Origin: Hemiscyllium ocellatum
Lineage: Eukaryota
Assembly (NCBI RefSeq): GCF_020745735.1
Contig: NW_026867509.1
Span: 744,001 to 808,000, forward strand
DNA length: 64,000 bases
Direction of reading: 5' to 3'
A model generated the notes under the pieces. That model was not told where the DNA came from. It did no database searches and saw only the letters and a program-made list of their open reading frames with translations. Positions 62,450-64,000 of the stretch are shown piece after piece. Position 1 is the first letter of the stretch. Each line of letters starts with the position of its first letter. Made by a program: the position numbers and the translations under genes.

Positions 62450-64000
62450 ATGAAGACTAGGGTGTACTTCAAGAGAGTTAAAAGTAGAAGAATGACTGAT
62501 CACAACAGCACATGTTGTCAATAATGCAACAATGTATGCGACACTTGGTCGAAAAATTTGATTCGTTGCCTGGAAACCAAAACAAATTAGAATTTGGCCA
62601 ATCAGTTTAAATTATACCCCGAATGAAAACAATTTCCCATCAAGTTTGAATTGAGAATATTCACAGTCTTAAAACCATTGACACATTCCGATACTCTGGG
62701 GGAGGGGTGGGGGTTATAAGACCGGTGGGAAATTGAACAGTTAAGAGGAGAATTGTCAAGTCCTACCATGTCATGGATTGAATGAAAAAAATGTCTTAAA
62801 CGTACCTCTACGATCAGTAACCTGCAACGCAGAAATTTCTAACAAGGAAAAAATAATGCACAGGAAGATCCGAAGACAGGAACCTACAGCTGACTAGCAT
62901 TTGATGAGAAGTGCTATTTTGTAAATCCTGGTTTGGAAAATTGTTGGGATAGTATTGTAAAAGGGAATGTAAAACATACATTAAAGGTAGAAGTTGTAAA
63001 TAGCGGTTAGTTACTTATTGTCTGTTATGCTTTATGAAATAAAGTTGTTAATTGTAACTTTAAATACTGCTTGGCCACTCGAATTCTCACGGATTACTGC
63101 GTGGGATAAATCTTTTCTGCGTTGCTGGCTTTAAATTAAGCAGGAGACTTTACTCCATGACGTAACAGATTGGCGACTCCGGTCCGTGATGTGAACTTGC
63201 TTAGGCAGATTTGAATTGATTTGGGAGTAAGAAAACTCCCAACAGATTTAAGCAGTTGCAGGTTACTGGCCGAGATATATTAATAAAACGCAGGGGGGAC
63301 ATTTTTTTTAAAATGTCGGTGACCTGTGGTTAATTAAATTAAAAGTGAGAGAAATGGCTTTTAAAGTTGCTAACGATGTTACAGGATTTGAAAATGATTC
63401 TCAGATTTGTCAAGAAAGTTTAGAATGAATGAAAAGTGCCATACTTTTAGAATTAGTGAAAACATTAGTTTTGATTTAACCAAGAACAAAAGTAAACCTG
63501 AAATTGTAAGAAATTGTAAGGGAATTACTCAAACATCTCGGTATGTCAGAGAAACAGACAAATGCAGTAAAGGGAGAAAAACCTTACATTACAATTGTGG
63601 AAAATGGAGTTAGAAGATAAACATAAAGATTGAGAGGAAAGAGAGACGGAGAAAAGAAGAGAAAGAGACAGAAGAAAGAGAAGAAGAGGAAAAGGAGAGA
63701 GGCAGTTCTTGGCAGAGCAAATACACAGATAGAGGAAAGGGAGACAAAAACAATAAGAGAGAGAGAAGAAAGGGCGAGAGAAGGAGAGAGAGAGTATTTG
63801 TACTTGAGAAGTTGCGAATCAGTTAGCAAAATCAAGTTAACAGGATGGAGATTAAAACAGAAGTTAGTGACATATGTAAGTATGTCAAAACTGCCACAAT
63901 TTTATGAAAAATTGAAAAATTGGCTAGGTAAATGGTGTCGTCTGATGATTTATGGGTAATGCCATTTCATAGAAAATTGGCAAGCAGAACTAGTGAGGCA
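62450..64000 (+). mobile_element. 5' LTR (~62450-63168), primer-binding-site-like motif and degenerate gag start of an LTR retrotransposon, truncated by window end
   Basis: LTR end ...CGTAACA followed by GATTGGCGACTCC; charged coiled-coil ORF (REREERARE) and KLPQFYEK motif typical of gypsy gag. Confidence 0.6.

Overview
Vertebrate genomic DNA, inferred to be a cartilaginous fish (shark) from HE1/V-type SINEs, shark-type CR1 and Penelope-like element (PLE) families, and GPR139-like pseudogenes. The window is part of a T-cell receptor alpha/delta-type V-segment array; no D or C segments and no convincing J segment were seen. I find 12 V segments or relics in both orientations. Five look intact (338+, 7118+, 16484-, 19309-, 52785+), each with a 22/23-bp-spacer RSS. 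One is open-frame but lacks both canonical cysteines (7915+), and six are pseudogenes or relics. A three-member V family appears to encode leader and V in one exon, with no leader intron. The V-free interval at about 25.2-52.7 kb holds two decayed GPR139-like GPCR genes split by nested retroelements. PLEs of at least three families are inserted as head-to-head inverted pairs, some with target-site duplications (TSDs) and minimal hammerhead ribozyme motifs. One PLE junction carries 20 tandem copies of a 37/44-nt window of its own sequence. Also present are CR1/L2 fragments, a Gmr1-like Gypsy element and the start of a second LTR element. All calls are by eye, without database searches; boundaries of old repeats are approximate.
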